Shown in pieces: positions 39,789 to 51,140 of a DNA stretch of 64,000 nt. Made by a program: the position numbers and the translations under genes. A model generated the notes under the pieces. The model did not search any database. It saw nothing but the letters and a program-made list of their open reading frames with translations, and was not told the DNA's origin. Within the stretch, counting starts at the first letter, position 1; the number at the start of each line of letters is the position of its first letter. The DNA comes from Betaproteobacteria bacterium (GTDB lineage Bacteria; Pseudomonadota; Gammaproteobacteria; Burkholderiales; SG8-41): contig JAQGNH010000254.1 in assembly GCA_028291945.1 (NCBI GenBank), forward strand, positions 4,679 through 68,678, written 5' to 3'.

Positions 39789-40697
39789 ATGACTGATCTA
39801 TCCTCTGCCGCGGGCGTTGCGCTTGCCTCGCCCGGTGCGCGTTTTCGGAAAGCCGTCGCTCAGGAAAAGCCGTTGCAGATCGCCGGCGCCATCAATGCCT
39901 ATGCAGCGAGAGTGGCGCAGCGCGTCGGTTTTCGCGCGATCTACCTCTCGGGTGGAGGTGTCGCCGCGGGTTCACTCGGACTGCCCGACCTCGGCATCAG
40001 CACGCTCGACGACGTTCTGATCGACATCCGGCGAATCACGGACGTATGCGACCTGCCGCTGCTCGTCGATGTCGATACGGGTTGGGGCGGGGCGTTCAAC
40101 ATCGCACGGACTGTCAAATCACTTACCAAGTTTGGCGCCGCGGCCATGCACATCGAGGACCAGGTCCAGCAGAAGCGCTGCGGGCATCGGCCGAACAAGG
40201 AGATCGTCAGCAAGGACGAGATGGTCGACCGCATCAAGGCCGCTGTGGATGCGAAGATCGACCCGAAGTTCGTCATCATGGCGCGCACCGACTCGCTCGC
40301 AGTCGAAGGACTCCAGGCAGCGATCGATCGCGCGTGCGCGTGCGTCGAAGCCGGTGCGGACATGATATTCCCCGAGGCGATCACCGAACTCGGCATGTAC
40401 AGGAAATTCGCTGACGCCGTGAAAGTGCCGATCCTCGCGAACATCACCGAGTTTGGCAAAACGCCGCTCTTCAGCACCGAGGAGCTTGCGAGCGCGAACG
40501 TCGCAATGGCGCTTTACCCGTTGTCAGCCTGGCGTGCAGCGAACGCGGCGGCGCTGAAGGTCTATCAGGCGATCCGCAAAGATGGGCACCAGAAGAATGT
40601 CGTCGATACGATGCAGAGCCGCGACGACTTGTACGATTATCTCGACTATCACAGCTACGAGAAGAAGTTGGATGCACTGTTCGCCAAGAACAAGTGA
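39789..40697 (+). CDS. prpB: methylisocitrate lyase-like (isocitrate lyase/PEP mutase superfamily)
   Basis: '[16 protein letters not shown]...[21 protein letters not shown]...ARTDS...[11 protein letters not shown]', the PrpB signature including KRCGH. Confidence 0.8.
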   Translation: MTDLSSAAGVALASPGARFRKAVAQEKPLQIAGAINAYAARVAQRVGFRAIYLSGGGVAAGSLGLPDLGISTLDDVLIDIRRITDVCDLPLLVDVDTGWGGAFNIARTVKSLTKFGAAAMHIEDQVQQKRCGHRPNKEIVSKDEMVDRIKAAVDAKIDPKFVIMARTDSLAVEGLQAAIDRACACVEAGADMIFPEAITELGMYRKFADAVKVPILANITEFGKTPLFSTEELASANVAMALYPLSAWRAANAAALKVYQAIRKDGHQKNVVDTMQSRDDLYDYLDYHSYEKKLDALFAKNK

Positions 40698-40896
40698 TCA
40701 CCCGTTCCGTTCACGGAGGCTTGATGATTGGCAGCGGTGAGCCGTACATATAAGGCCGTCAGCGTCAGGCGTCTAAGGTTCGGGGGTCTTTGCCGATTCG
40801 ACATCAGCATCATCGCGGAACTTGAGTATGGGCCGATCATCTGACCACTGACGCGCTGACGGTCTTCTAAGTCCTTCATAACCCTCGCGTTCTCGA

Positions 40897-40923
40897 TTGA
40901 GGCGGATAGACCGGGCGTATAAT
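40897..40923 (+). promoter_or_regulatory. candidate sigma70 promoter of hemA
   Basis: TTGAGG-15 nt-TATAAT, with the -10 box ending 28 nt upstream of the hemA ATG. The spacer is short. Confidence 0.3.
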
Positions 40924-40950
40924 AAGCGACCCTCTCTTTCCATCCGCGCG

Positions 40951-42204
40951 ATGCAGCTTTTTACTTTCGGCCTGAATCACCAGACCGCTCCGCTCGATGT
41001 GCGCGAGCGCGTGGTTTTCCATGCCGAAAGCCTCGTGCAGGCGTTGCGGGACCTGGTGGGGCAGCAACGCGTTAAAGAAGCGGCAATCATCTCGACGTGC
41101 AATCGCACGGAGGTGTACTGCAGCACGGACGAGCCGGGCCGCGCCGTGGGGTGGCTCGCCGACTACCACCGGATCAAGCCTCAACAGCTCGAGCCTTACC
41201 TCTACCACTTTCCGCAAGAGCGCGCGGTCAAGCATGCATTTCGCGTTGCCAGCGGTCTGGATTCCATGGTTCTGGGCGAGCCGCAGATCCTGGGCCAGTT
41301 CAAGCAGGCCGTGCGCAGTGCCGAGGCGGCCGGGACGCTCGGCTTCGTGCTCAACAAGCTTTTCCAGCGTACGTTTTCAGTTGCTAAAACAGTGCGAACC
41401 GAAACCGAAATCGGTGCGAGCACGATTTCGATGGCGGCAGCCGCCGTTCAACTGGCGGAGCGCATTTATCCGAGCATCGCGGGTCAGAACGTCCTGTTTA
41501 TCGGCGCGGGCGAAATGATCGAGCTGTGTGCAGCCCACTTTGCCGCGCACCACCCGAAACACCTGACATTTGCCAATCGCACGGAAGCGCGCGGGCAGCA
41601 GCTCGCAGGCCGCTTCATGGGTCGTGTCATTTCGCTCAACGACCTGCCGGCGCAGCTTGCGCTGCATGATGTGATCGTTACTTCGACTGCAGCGCCGCTG
41701 CCGCTGATCGGAAAAGGTCTGGTCGAAAGCGCGCTCAAAGCCCGCAAACACCGTCCGATGCTCATGTTTGATCTTGCCGTGCCGAGGGACATCGAAGCGG
41801 AAGTGAGCTCGCTGGGTGATGTGTTCCTGTACACAGTGGACGACCTCGGCAAAATCGCTCGCGAAGGCCTCGACGTGCGGCAGAACGCCGTGGCGCAGGC
41901 CGAAGTCATCATTGAAAACCACGTAACCGACTTCATGCACTGGCTCGGCACCCGCGAAGTCGTTCCCGCCATACGCGCGATGCGCGACGCTGCGGAGCGC
42001 TCACGCCGGCACGAGCTCGAGCGTGCACAACGCCGGCTCTCTCGCGGAGAGGACCCGCAGCGCGTGCTCGATGAGCTTTCACGTGCGCTCACGAACAAGT
42101 TGCTGCACGCGCCCACGCACGCGCTGAACCATGCGAGCGCGGATGAGCGTGACACGCTCGCCGCGACGCTCGCGCGGCTTTACCACACCACGAGACGCGA
42201 ATGA
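40951..42204 (+). CDS. hemA: glutamyl-tRNA reductase
   Basis: '[21 protein letters not shown]...STCNRTEVY...' is canonical HemA. ATG 40951 chosen over the longer track ORF. Confidence 0.93.
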   Translation: MQLFTFGLNHQTAPLDVRERVVFHAESLVQALRDLVGQQRVKEAAIISTCNRTEVYCSTDEPGRAVGWLADYHRIKPQQLEPYLYHFPQERAVKHAFRVASGLDSMVLGEPQILGQFKQAVRSAEAAGTLGFVLNKLFQRTFSVAKTVRTETEIGASTISMAAAAVQLAERIYPSIAGQNVLFIGAGEMIELCAAHFAAHHPKHLTFANRTEARGQQLAGRFMGRVISLNDLPAQLALHDVIVTSTAAPLPLIGKGLVESALKARKHRPMLMFDLAVPRDIEAEVSSLGDVFLYTVDDLGKIAREGLDVRQNAVAQAEVIIENHVTDFMHWLGTREVVPAIRAMRDAAERSRRHELERAQRRLSRGEDPQRVLDELSRALTNKLLHAPTHALNHASADERDTLAATLARLYHTTRRE

Positions 42205-42286
42205 AAATGACGCGGCTTACACGGGGCAGCAAAGCTGCGCCGTACGGCGCAGCGTGTTGCTCATGCGCCTCGCGGCGCTACAAAAG

Positions 42287-43381
42287 ATGAAATCCAGTAT
42301 TTCGACGAAGCTTACGCAGCTCACATTGCGCCTGGACGAGCTCAACGCCCTGCTCGGCTCGCAGGATGTGACGAGCGACATGGACAACTATCGCCGCCTC
42401 ACGCGGGAACACGCGGAAATCACGCCGGTGGTAGAGCTCTACCGCGCGTACCGCAGCGCTGAGGACGACTTCAAGACCGCGCAGGAAATGGCAGAAGATC
42501 CGGGCAGCCGCGAATTCGCGGAAATTGAAATGCGCGAGACGCGCGAACGGCTGGAGCGCATCGAGTCGGAGCTGCAGAAGCAGTTGCTGCCGAGAGATCC
42601 AAACGATGATCGCAACATCTTTCTGGAGATCCGCGCCGGCACGGGGGGCGAAGAGTCCGCGCTGTTCGCGGCCGATCTATTCAGGATGTATACGCGGTTT
42701 GCCGAACGCAACCACTGGCCCGTGGAAGTGATTTCCCAAAGCGCTTCGGACATGGGCGGTTATCGTGAAATCATTGCGAGAATCACGGGCGACGGCGCCT
42801 ACTCGCGCCTGAAGTTCGAATCCGGAGCGCATCGTGTGCAGCGTGTTCCGGACACCGAAACGCAAGGGCGGATCCACACCTCGGCGTGCACCGTGGCCGT
42901 GCTGCCCGAAGCTGACGAAGTGCAGGATATCGTGCTCAACCCGGCGGAGCTGAAGATCGATACCTACCGCGCCTCAGGTGCGGGCGGCCAGCACGTGAAC
43001 AAAACGGATTCTGCCGTGCGCATAACGCATCTGCCGACCGGCACAGTGGTCGAATGCCAGGATGACCGTTCGCAGCACAAGAACAAAGCGCGCGCCCTGG
43101 CTGTCCTGGCCGCGCGCATCAAGGATAAACAGGTGCGTGAGCAGCAGAGCAAGATGGCGGCGACGCGCAAGTCGCTCGTCGGCAGCGGAGATCGGTCGGA
43201 ACGCATACGCACGTATAACTTCCCGCAGGGGCGTGTGACCGACCATCGGATCAACCTGACGCTTTACAAGATCGCGGCGGTCATGGACGGAGACCTCTAC
43301 GAGCTCACCGATGCTTTGATCGCGGAGCATCACGCCGAACAGCTCGCGCAACTGGGCGAAGACGCGGCGGCAGCCGCATGA
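42287..43381 (+). CDS. prfA: peptide chain release factor 1
   Basis: PxT-type RF1 sequence with GGQ ('[25 protein letters not shown]'). The track ORF's N-terminal extension overlaps hemA. Confidence 0.95.
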   Translation: MKSSISTKLTQLTLRLDELNALLGSQDVTSDMDNYRRLTREHAEITPVVELYRAYRSAEDDFKTAQEMAEDPGSREFAEIEMRETRERLERIESELQKQLLPRDPNDDRNIFLEIRAGTGGEESALFAADLFRMYTRFAERNHWPVEVISQSASDMGGYREIIARITGDGAYSRLKFESGAHRVQRVPDTETQGRIHTSACTVAVLPEADEVQDIVLNPAELKIDTYRASGAGGQHVNKTDSAVRITHLPTGTVVECQDDRSQHKNKARALAVLAARIKDKQVREQQSKMAATRKSLVGSGDRSERIRTYNFPQGRVTDHRINLTLYKIAAVMDGDLYELTDALIAEHHAEQLAQLGEDAAAAA

Positions 43382-44223
43382 GCGCAGTGACTCTGGGAGA
43401 GGCTTTTCGCACCGCACGCACCCGCATCCACTCCACCGACGCCGGCGTGCTGCTGTGCCACGTGATTGGCCGGGATCCCGCGTACCTGATTGCGCACCCG
43501 GACATGCGGCTGCGCGCGGACGAACACGAATCGTTTGCTTCACTCGTCGAGCGGAGGGCGCAAGGTGAGCCGGTCGCCTATCTGACCGGCGAGCGAGAGT
43601 TTTACGGCCGCGCTTTCAAGATCTCGCCGGCGGTACTCATTCCCCGCCCCGAGACCGAGCTCCTCGTCGATCTCGCACTCGAGCGGATTCAGCGTTCTCC
43701 TTCAGCGCGAGTCCTCGACATGGGTACCGGCAGCGGGTGCGTCGCTGTGGCGATTGCGAGCGAGCGCTCACATGCAAAAGTTCTCGCACTGGATCAGTCA
43801 CTTGAAGCGCTGGCAGTCGCGCGGCGGAACGCGGTTCGACTGGGCGCGGGGAACGTGGCCTTTCTTCAAAGCGACTGGTTTGATGGCTTGGGCCCCGAGC
43901 GCTTCGATCTAATCGTTTCGAATCCACCGTACGTCGCGAGCGGCGACCCGCACTTACAGGAAGGAGATGTCCGCTTCGAGCCGCGCAATGCGCTCGAGGC
44001 CGGCGGTGACGGGCTGAACGCGATCCGTCGCATCGTGTCGGGGGCGGAACGTTATCTCGTGCTGGCCGGTTGGTTGTTGTTCGAGCACGGCTACGACCAG
44101 GCCATGAGCGCACGCAAGCTACTTCAGGCGGCGGGCTACCAGGACGTTTTTTCGGCCCGCGATCTCGCCGGGATCGAACGGGTTTCTGGCGGTCGGTTGA
44201 CGATGGCAGCGAGCGACCGGTAA
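43378..44223 (+). CDS. prmC: release factor glutamine N5-methyltransferase
   Basis: '[13 protein letters not shown]' SAM motif and 'SNPPYV'. ATGA overlap with the prfA stop. Confidence 0.9.
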   Translation: MSAVTLGEAFRTARTRIHSTDAGVLLCHVIGRDPAYLIAHPDMRLRADEHESFASLVERRAQGEPVAYLTGEREFYGRAFKISPAVLIPRPETELLVDLALERIQRSPSARVLDMGTGSGCVAVAIASERSHAKVLALDQSLEALAVARRNAVRLGAGNVAFLQSDWFDGLGPERFDLIVSNPPYVASGDPHLQEGDVRFEPRNALEAGGDGLNAIRRIVSGAERYLVLAGWLLFEHGYDQAMSARKLLQAAGYQDVFSARDLAGIERVSGGRLTMAASDR

Positions 44224-44258
44224 AATACCTGACAACATTACTCGGGTATGTACCAACT

Positions 44259-44567
44259 ATGAGCATCCAGGACGTCATCAAGGACCAGGTCAGCAAAAAC
44301 AAGGTGGTGCTGTACATGAAGGGCTCTGCAGATTTCCCGCAGTGCGGTTTCTCGGCTAATGCGTGCAACATCCTGCGCGCGTGCGGCGTCGAAGATTTCT
44401 ATACCGTCAACGTGCTGGAAGATCCGGATATCCGCCAAGGGATCAAGCAATACGCCAACTGGCCGACTATCCCGCAGCTGTATGTGAACGGCGAATTCGT
44501 CGGCGGCTCCGACATCATGATGGAACTGTATCGGAGCGGCGAGCTGAAAAAGGTGCTGCAGGGCTAG
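44259..44567 (+). CDS. grxD: monothiol glutaredoxin (Grx4 family)
   Basis: 'VVLYMKGSADFPQCGFS...WPTIPQLYVNGEFVGGSDI' contains the CGFS active site. Confidence 0.93.
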   Translation: MSIQDVIKDQVSKNKVVLYMKGSADFPQCGFSANACNILRACGVEDFYTVNVLEDPDIRQGIKQYANWPTIPQLYVNGEFVGGSDIMMELYRSGELKKVLQG

Positions 44568-44593
44568 CTGCCCGTAATCTGCGCACTCGATAC

Positions 44594-44618
44594 GGCCGGC
44601 GTTTGCCGGCCTTTTTTT
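44594..44618 (+). terminator. rho-independent terminator after grxD
   Basis: GGCCGGC-GTTT-GCCGGCC followed by TTTTTTT. Confidence 0.8.
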
Positions 44619-44711
44619 CGCTTGTCGAAGATCCACGGTCGCGCCGAAGCTCATACTTTGCCATGTCGCCGTGGTTCAACTACGATCGATTCAAACCACC
44701 AGGGGGTGCGC

Positions 44712-45494
44712 ATGGCCGTGCAAGAGCGATATGAGAACGTGACTCCGGGTGACAGCGCTCTTTCGAGTCCGGACACCGCCTCAGGTGGATACATCGAAGG
44801 CGGCCGCAAGGTCGAGGCGAATCTTGCGTGGAACTGGATCCGCGAGGGCTGGCGCTATTTTCGGCGACAGCCCGGTCTATGGGCGCTTCTGACGCTGATC
44901 TTCGGCGCGTTTCTGATGGCATTGAAGTTCGTGCCCGTCATCGGTCCGCTTGCAACGATACTGCTCGTGCCAGTGCTGGCAGCGGGGCTGATCTCCGGGT
45001 GTCAGACTATCGAGCGCGGTGGCGAACTGGAGCTTGCTCACCTCTTCTCGGGATTCCGGCATAACGCGGGGCAACTCGTGCTTGTGGGCCTGATCGGATT
45101 CGCCTTGACGTTTGCGGTTTTGGTCCCCGCGGTGGTCCTAATGGGGGCGAACGAGTTCATGACGGTCATGGGTGGCGGGCCTGCGACGATGGTCGACGTG
45201 CCGGGCGCGCTCGGCCTCCTCATCGCTCTCGCCTTGTTCGTTCCGGTCAACATGGCGCTGTGGTTTGCGCCGGTGCTGGTCATGTTGCAGGGTCAAAGCG
45301 CTCCGCGGGCAATCGCCGAGAGCTTCAGAGGATGTCTCAAGAACCTCGTGCCGTTTCTGATCTATGGCATCGCTTTGTTCGTGCTCGCGATCCTCGCGTC
45401 CATCCCGCTCGGTCTCGGATGGCTCATATTGGGGCCGGTAGTCATCGGCTCGGTTTACGCTGCCTACCGCGACATTTACGTGCCGCCTCGATAA
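44712..45494 (+). CDS. conserved multi-pass membrane protein (BPSS1780/DUF-type), function unknown
   Basis: 260 aa with several hydrophobic helices ('GLWALLTLIFGAFLMALKFVPVIGPLATILLVPVLAAGL'). ATG 44712 is preceded by AGGGGG. Confidence 0.7.
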   Translation: MAVQERYENVTPGDSALSSPDTASGGYIEGGRKVEANLAWNWIREGWRYFRRQPGLWALLTLIFGAFLMALKFVPVIGPLATILLVPVLAAGLISGCQTIERGGELELAHLFSGFRHNAGQLVLVGLIGFALTFAVLVPAVVLMGANEFMTVMGGGPATMVDVPGALGLLIALALFVPVNMALWFAPVLVMLQGQSAPRAIAESFRGCLKNLVPFLIYGIALFVLAILASIPLGLGWLILGPVVIGSVYAAYRDIYVPPR

Positions 45495-45693
45495 GCGACC
45501 CCGACGAGGCAAGCGGGCTCATCGCCAATCTTGCTGCATCTAGCGCGGCATTCGAACGGGTGCTTGCACGCGCCTTGCTCACGACGCGATAATCCACGCC
45601 ATTCTGCTTTATTGGCCGATTCGCTGCGGGAAAGCCGCGGGTGTATCCGTCAAACCAACGCCCCGCCGCCCCGACACCCAAGGAGAGATTTCC

Positions 45694-47466
45694 ATGAACA
45701 TCATGGTTGAGAGCAAGAACATCGCGAAGAGCGCCACAGCGGGCGGTAGGATCAAGATGACCCCCAGCGAAGCGTTCGTCGAAACGCTCGTCGCGCAGGG
45801 TGTCAAAGAGACCTTCGGCATCGTGGGCTCTGCGTACATGGATGCGCACGACCTTTTTCCGCTCGCCGGAATTCGCTTCGTTTCGGTTGCGCACGAACAG
45901 AACGCGGCACACATGGCTGACGGTTATTCACGCGTCACGGGTAAGCACGGTGTGTGCATCGCTCAGAACGGCCCCGGCATCACGAACTTCGTTACCGGCA
46001 TCGCGGCGGCATACTGGGCGCACTCGCCTGTCGTTGCGATCACGCCTGAATCCGGCAGCATGACGATGGGACTCGGTGGCTTCCAGGAGACCGAGCAGAT
46101 GCCGATTTTCTCGAAAATCACTAAGTGGCAGGTGCATGTGAACTCGCCGATGCGCATGGCGGAGCTGACTTCGCGCGCATTCGATATTGCCATGGCCGAA
46201 CGCGGACCGGTGCAGGTCAATATTCCGCGCGACTACTTCTATGGCGAAGGTGATTTCGAGATACCTCAGCCGCAGCGTGTCGAGCGCTCGGCGGGAGGTC
46301 CCGAAGCGCTGGACACAGCCGCCAGAATGCTCGCTAAAGCGAAATTCCCGGTGATCATCTCCGGCGGCGGCGTGGTGATGTCGAACGGCATCAAGGAATG
46401 TGCGGCGCTTGCCGAATACCTGACGGCACCCGTGGTGAATTCATACCTGCACAACGATTCCTTCCCCGCGAACCATCAGCTTGCGTGCGGCCCACTCGGC
46501 TACCAGGGGTCGAAAGCTGCGATGAAGCTTATTTCGAGGGCCGATGTCGTGCTGGCGCTCGGCTCGCGCCTCGGACCTTTCGGCACGCTGCCCCAGCACG
46601 GACTCGATTACTGGCCGCAGGGCGCGAAGATCATTCAGGTCGACGTTGATACGCGCATGCTGGGGCTCGTCAAGAAAATCTCAGTCGGCATCTGCGGTGA
46701 TGCGCGCGCGGCGGCGCTCGAGTTGCTGAACCGCGTGAAAGCCCAGGCGAAGCTCACGCTCAACAAGCAGCGGCTCTCGGAAATTCAGAAAGAAAAAGAA
46801 GCGTGGAAGCAGGAGCTCGCAAACTGGCCGTCTCCGAACGAGAAAGGCCGCATCGGACCGCGCCAGGCGCTTGCTGCGCTGGCCCGCGCAATGCCAAAGA
46901 ACGCGATGGTCTCGACGGACATCGGCAACGTGTGCTCGGTCTCGAACAGTTACCTGCAATTCGAGACCGCGCCTTCATTCCTTGCTGCGATGAGCTTCGG
47001 CAACTGCGGCTATGCGTACCCTGCCGCGATCGGCGCCAAAGTAGGCCGTCCTGACAGGCCATCGATCGCGTATGTCGGTGATGGCGCCTGGGGGATGAGT
47101 CTGAACGAAGTGATGACCTGCGTGCGCGAGAACATTCCTGCCATTGCGATCGTATTCAACAATGGACAATGGGGTGCGGAGAAGAAGAACCAGATCGATT
47201 ATTTCGAAAAGCGTTATCTGGGAACCAACCTCAAAAACCCCAACTTTGCGGATGTGGCCGAGTCCATGGGTGCACACGGCCTCACCGTCGAGCACGTGGA
47301 TGAAATCGGCGATGCGCTGCGCGGAGCCGTGAAATCGAACAAGCCGACCGTCGTCAACATGATGCTCACGCAAGAGCTGGGAGATCCGTTCCGGCGCGAT
47401 GCATTCCGTCAGCCGAAGCGGCTGCTGGCGAAGTACCGCAAATACAGCGCGAAGGAGTTTCGCTGA
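45694..47466 (+). CDS. xsc: thiamine-diphosphate enzyme, sulfoacetaldehyde acetyltransferase (Xsc)-like
   Basis: 'MTPSEAFVETLVAQGV...HEQNAAHMADGYSRVTG...GPGITNFVTGIAAAYWAHSP...GGFQETEQMPIF', with the ThDP motif 'GDGAWGMSLNE...N'. A strong AAGGAG RBS precedes 45694. Confidence 0.7.
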   Translation: MNIMVESKNIAKSATAGGRIKMTPSEAFVETLVAQGVKETFGIVGSAYMDAHDLFPLAGIRFVSVAHEQNAAHMADGYSRVTGKHGVCIAQNGPGITNFVTGIAAAYWAHSPVVAITPESGSMTMGLGGFQETEQMPIFSKITKWQVHVNSPMRMAELTSRAFDIAMAERGPVQVNIPRDYFYGEGDFEIPQPQRVERSAGGPEALDTAARMLAKAKFPVIISGGGVVMSNGIKECAALAEYLTAPVVNSYLHNDSFPANHQLACGPLGYQGSKAAMKLISRADVVLALGSRLGPFGTLPQHGLDYWPQGAKIIQVDVDTRMLGLVKKISVGICGDARAAALELLNRVKAQAKLTLNKQRLSEIQKEKEAWKQELANWPSPNEKGRIGPRQALAALARAMPKNAMVSTDIGNVCSVSNSYLQFETAPSFLAAMSFGNCGYAYPAAIGAKVGRPDRPSIAYVGDGAWGMSLNEVMTCVRENIPAIAIVFNNGQWGAEKKNQIDYFEKRYLGTNLKNPNFADVAESMGAHGLTVEHVDEIGDALRGAVKSNKPTVVNMMLTQELGDPFRRDAFRQPKRLLAKYRKYSAKEFR

Positions 47467-47510
47467 GCTCGCCGCCGCGCGGCAAGCCGCTCCCTCCTTC
47501 GGGACGGTAA

Positions 47511-47576
47511 ACGAACAGAGGGAAACCAAGGTTTCCCTCCGTAACCTCCCCTTCCTTCGGCGATCTGCCGATCGTT
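47511..47576 (+). repeat. copy B of the ~65-nt interspersed repeat
   Basis: ACGAACAGAGGGAAACCAAGGTTTCCCTCCGTAACCTCCCCTTCCTTCGGCGATCT... matches 14399-14470 at most positions. The internal perfect palindrome is GAGGGAAACC-AA-GGTTTCCCTC. Confidence 0.6.
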
Positions 47577-47605
47577 CCGTTTCATAGATCTGAGAATGCG
47601 GGGCA

Positions 47606-47667
47606 GCCGAAGGAAAGAGTTCGTTTACCGCCTCCCGAGGGGAAAAACCTTGGGTTCTGCCTGTTCC
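47606..47667 (-). repeat. diverged inverted copy (B') of the same repeat
   Basis: The reverse complement reads GGAACAGGCAGAACCCAAGGTTTTTCCCCTCGGGAGGCGGTAAACGAACTCTTTCCTTCGGC. It shares the GAACAG...CCAAGGTTT...CCCTC...CTTTCCTTCGGC blocks with copy B. Confidence 0.45.
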
Positions 47668-47676
47668 TTTATCCTC

Positions 47677-48558
47677 TCATCGAATCTGCGCCAGCAGGCA
47701 ATCGATCATTCGCTCTGCTTGGCGAAGATAGCCGCTGCCGAAGAGGTTGAGATGGTTGAGGACGTGATAAAGGTTGTAGAGATCTTTGCGCACCGCATTA
47801 CCCGCATCCAGAGGGTACGCATCTCGGTAGGCGGCGTAGAACGTAGACGAGAAGCCGCCGAAAAGCTCCGTCATCGCAATGTCCGCTTCGCGGTCGCCGT
47901 AGTAGACGGCGGGATCGAAGATTACCGGCACGCCGGTCGCATCACACGCTGCGTTGCCCGACCATAAGTCACCATGCAGCAACGAAGGCGCCGGCGTGTA
48001 GCTCTCGAAGAACGCCGGCACGTGCTCGAGGAGCTGGGCGCCTTTTGTCTGCACCTTACCGCCGTAGCCACGCTCCTCGGCGAGCCGAAGCTGAAACGCC
48101 AGCCTCTGATCGCGCCAGAACGTCGGCCAGGTCGAGGAGCGGGTATTGGGCTGAGGCGTCGAGCCTATGGTGTTGTCGCGCAGCCAACCGTAATGTGCGG
48201 CAGTATGGCGATGAAGCTCTGCGAGTTGCGATCCGAGCGCTGCGTCGCTCGCCCCAGTTCGTGCGCCGAGCTGAATGTATTCCAGCACGATCCAGCTGCT
48301 TGCCAATGCCACGCCGTGGCAGATCGCCTCGGGTACGCGAACAGCGCTTGCGCGTTGCAGCTCTGCGAGCCCTGCCGCTTCAGCCTCGAACATTGCCGCG
48401 CGGCTCGCTTCGTTTACCTTGACGAAGTAGCGTCGACCACTGCCCTCGATCGCCCACGCGGCATTGATACAGCCGCCGCCTGCCGAGCGCTGCGCTATAG
48501 TGAATGCGGCTCCGGTGGCCGCACCAATGTCGCGCTCGATGTCATGCCACGGAATCAA
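47677..48558 (-). CDS. fructosamine/ketosamine kinase-family protein
   Basis: 'GGGCINAAWAI...YFVKVN...LLHGDLWSGN...FDPAVYYGDREADIAMTELFGGF'. The start is uncertain: only TTG codons (48558 or 48570) lie downstream of the argH stop, and the track ORF to 48765 overlaps argH. Confidence 0.75.
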   Translation of the reverse strand: MIPWHDIERDIGAATGAAFTIAQRSAGGGCINAAWAIEGSGRRYFVKVNEASRAAMFEAEAAGLAELQRASAVRVPEAICHGVALASSWIVLEYIQLGARTGASDAALGSQLAELHRHTAAHYGWLRDNTIGSTPQPNTRSSTWPTFWRDQRLAFQLRLAEERGYGGKVQTKGAQLLEHVPAFFESYTPAPSLLHGDLWSGNAACDATGVPVIFDPAVYYGDREADIAMTELFGGFSSTFYAAYRDAYPLDAGNAVRKDLYNLYHVLNHLNLFGSGYLRQAERMIDCLLAQIR

Positions 48559-48643
48559 GTGTGCCCGCAAAGGTCGCGTAGCTGACGGATCAAAACAAGG
48601 TTCCCGAGACCGAAAGCGCTTGCGCTTATGGCTAAGGATGGCG

Positions 48644-50041
48644 TTAAAGACTCTTACGTGCCTTTGCGATCGCCTGCTTGACCCGAACCGGCGCTGTTCC
48701 ACCGATATGACTGCGGGCCGCAAGCGAGCCTTCGAGCGTGAGCGCGTCGAAAACATCGTCGGCAATCAGCGCAGAGAATTGCTGAAGCTCTGAAAGCGGC
48801 AGCCCGGAAAGATCTTTTCCTCGGTTCTCGGCGTGCCGCACGGCCTGTGCAACTGCCTCGTGCGCTTCGCGAAAGGGCACGCCCTTCTTCACCAGATAGT
48901 CTGCGAGGTCGGTCGCAGTTGCGTAACCCTGCTGCACCGCCTCTCGCATCGCATCCCGGTTCACTTCCAGGCCGCCGAGCAGCTCAGTGAACACAGCCAG
49001 GCTCATCGTGAGCGTGTCGACGGTATCGAAAAGCGGCTCTTTGTCTTCCTGGTTGTCCTTGTTGTACGCAAGAGGCTGCGCCTTCATCAGCGTCAGAAGC
49101 GCGACCAAATGGCCATTCACGCGTCCCGTCTTGCCGCGGATCAGTTCCGGCACGTCAGGATTTTTTTTCTGCGGCATGATGGATGAGCCGGTGCAGAATC
49201 GATCCGCGAGATCGATGAAGCGGAAGCGCGGGCTCATCCACAAAATCAGCTCTTCCGAAAATCGCGAGAGATGTGTCATCAGCAGTGCTGCGCACGCGCA
49301 GAACTCGATCGCGAAATCGCGATCGGACACAGCGTCGAGCGAGTTTTCGCATAGGCCCTCGAAGCCGAGCTCTTTCGCTACCATCTGACGGTCGATCGGG
49401 AAAGAGGTGCCGGCAAGGGCTGCCGCGCCGAGCGGCAATTTATTGACGCGCTTGCGGCAATCGATCAGCCGCTGCGCATCGCGCGAGAGCATTTCGAAAT
49501 ACGCGAGCAGGTGGTGGGCGAACGAGACAGGTTGCGCGACCTGCAGATGCGTAAACCCAGGCATTACCGTGTCCGTGTGTTTTTCAGCGACATCGAGCAG
49601 CTTCCGTTGCAGTCCCTTGATGAGAGCGGTGATCTGATCGATGCCTGCACGCAAGTAAAGGCGCACGTCCGTTGCGACCTGATCGTTGCGCGAGCGGCCG
49701 GTATGCAGCCGTTTGCCCGCATCGCCCACGATATCGGTAAGCCGTCGTTCGATATTGAGGTGTACGTCTTCAAGATCGATCGACCATTCGAATGCGCCGC
49801 CGCGTATCTCCTCGCGGATCTGCGCAAGGCCGCGCTCGATCGCGGCGACATCGGCTTGGGTGACTATGCCGACCGCGCCCAGCATGTGGGCGTGGGCAAG
49901 CGATCCGTCGATGTCGAATTGGGCCAGGCGCTGATCGAAGGAGACCGAGGCCGTGAACCGCTTCACGAGATCCGTTACCGGCTCGTCAAAACGGCCCGAC
50001 CACAGCTTGCCTTTATCGTCCGGCTTCCGACTGGATGACAT
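48644..50041 (-). CDS. argH: argininosuccinate lyase
   Basis: 'LWSGRFDEP...[20 protein letters not shown]' is the fumarate-lyase signature; 465 aa. Confidence 0.97.
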   Translation of the reverse strand: MSSSRKPDDKGKLWSGRFDEPVTDLVKRFTASVSFDQRLAQFDIDGSLAHAHMLGAVGIVTQADVAAIERGLAQIREEIRGGAFEWSIDLEDVHLNIERRLTDIVGDAGKRLHTGRSRNDQVATDVRLYLRAGIDQITALIKGLQRKLLDVAEKHTDTVMPGFTHLQVAQPVSFAHHLLAYFEMLSRDAQRLIDCRKRVNKLPLGAAALAGTSFPIDRQMVAKELGFEGLCENSLDAVSDRDFAIEFCACAALLMTHLSRFSEELILWMSPRFRFIDLADRFCTGSSIMPQKKNPDVPELIRGKTGRVNGHLVALLTLMKAQPLAYNKDNQEDKEPLFDTVDTLTMSLAVFTELLGGLEVNRDAMREAVQQGYATATDLADYLVKKGVPFREAHEAVAQAVRHAENRGKDLSGLPLSELQQFSALIADDVFDALTLEGSLAARSHIGGTAPVRVKQAIAKARKSL

Positions 50042-50123
50042 ATGCGCTGCTAGAATTCCGGCGTATATTCGGACGAAGCCGGTTGTACTCGCGGAGACCC
50101 GTGAGGTTCGATGAAAAGGAGCG

Positions 50124-51140
50124 ATGTCTAGTATAAATCAAAACGCCTACACGAGCGCTTTACCCAACTTCCGCAACCTCGGGATTCTGCTACGCATACT
50201 GCTGATCGTGAACGTGCTGGCGATCGCGGCGGCCGTCGTAAAAGCGCCCGTGCTGTCGGTTGCGTGGCGTGAGCTCGTCGAAGTGTCCGCGGTCGTGCAG
50301 CCGTTGCTGATCATTACCCTCCTTGCGCTGGTTCTGCTGAATGGCTACCTGCAGCGTCTGCCTTATCACCTGGGCGTAATCGCCGTTTTTGCGCTTACCC
50401 TTGGGCTCAGTCTGCTGGTCCTTTCAATCACTCTGGGCGCGTATGGCGACGCGGCCCTATCGATGCAGCGTTACGGGCTCCTGGTGGTGCTGACCACGGC
50501 GCTGCTTCTCGCCTACCTGGATTTTCGCGGTCGTGCCTTATCGCCGGCGCTCACTGAGGCTCGTCTGCAGGCGCTGCAGGCCCGCATACGTCCTCACTTT
50601 CTGTTCAACAGTCTGAATGCGGTACTGTCGCTCATCCGTCAGGACCCCAAGCGTGCAGAGGTGGTGCTGGAGGACCTCGCGGAGCTTTTTCGAGTCGCTA
50701 TGGGCAACGAGCGTGAGCTTTCGCCGATCTCGAAGGAAATCGAGTTGTGCCGTCAGTACCTCGAGATCGAGCAATTGAGGCTGGGCGATCGGCTGAAAGT
50801 CGTCTGGCACATCGACAACATGCCTCCGGATGCGCTGGTTCCGCCGCTGCTGCTGCAGCCTTTGCTCGAAAACGCGGTTTATCATGGCATCGAGCCACGC
50901 GTGGAACCGGGCGAGATCGTTATCGATATCTACGTCGCGAGACAGCGAGTCCACGCTGTCCTGCGCAATCCTTATTCACCTCAGGGAACTCACCATTCCG
51001 GCAATAAAATGGCACTGAATAACATCCGTGAACGATTACAGCTGCACTTCGACGCCGAGGCGACACTCGACATGCGCGTGAGTGACGACACGTATCAGGT
51101 GCACATCGTGCTGCCGTACGTGAAAGCGAGAGCGGCGTGA
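50124..51140 (+). CDS. LytS/AlgZ(FimS)-type sensor histidine kinase
   Basis: Four N-terminal TM helices, then the His_kinase (PF06580-type) motif '[14 protein letters not shown]' and the ATPase motif '[14 protein letters not shown]'. Confidence 0.85.
   Translation: MSSINQNAYTSALPNFRNLGILLRILLIVNVLAIAAAVVKAPVLSVAWRELVEVSAVVQPLLIITLLALVLLNGYLQRLPYHLGVIAVFALTLGLSLLVLSITLGAYGDAALSMQRYGLLVVLTTALLLAYLDFRGRALSPALTEARLQALQARIRPHFLFNSLNAVLSLIRQDPKRAEVVLEDLAELFRVAMGNERELSPISKEIELCRQYLEIEQLRLGDRLKVVWHIDNMPPDALVPPLLLQPLLENAVYHGIEPRVEPGEIVIDIYVARQRVHAVLRNPYSPQGTHHSGNKMALNNIRERLQLHFDAEATLDMRVSDDTYQVHIVLPYVKARAA

Noticed and set aside
47677-48765. Long forms of several ORFs (fructosamine kinase to 48765, hemC from 51745, hemD from 52760, grxD from 44070, prfA from 42131, peptidase from 24135, cutA from 57482)
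   Set aside because: The N-terminal extensions overlap neighbouring well-supported genes and lack similarity to the respective families. I chose internal starts with RBSs or family-typical N-termini.
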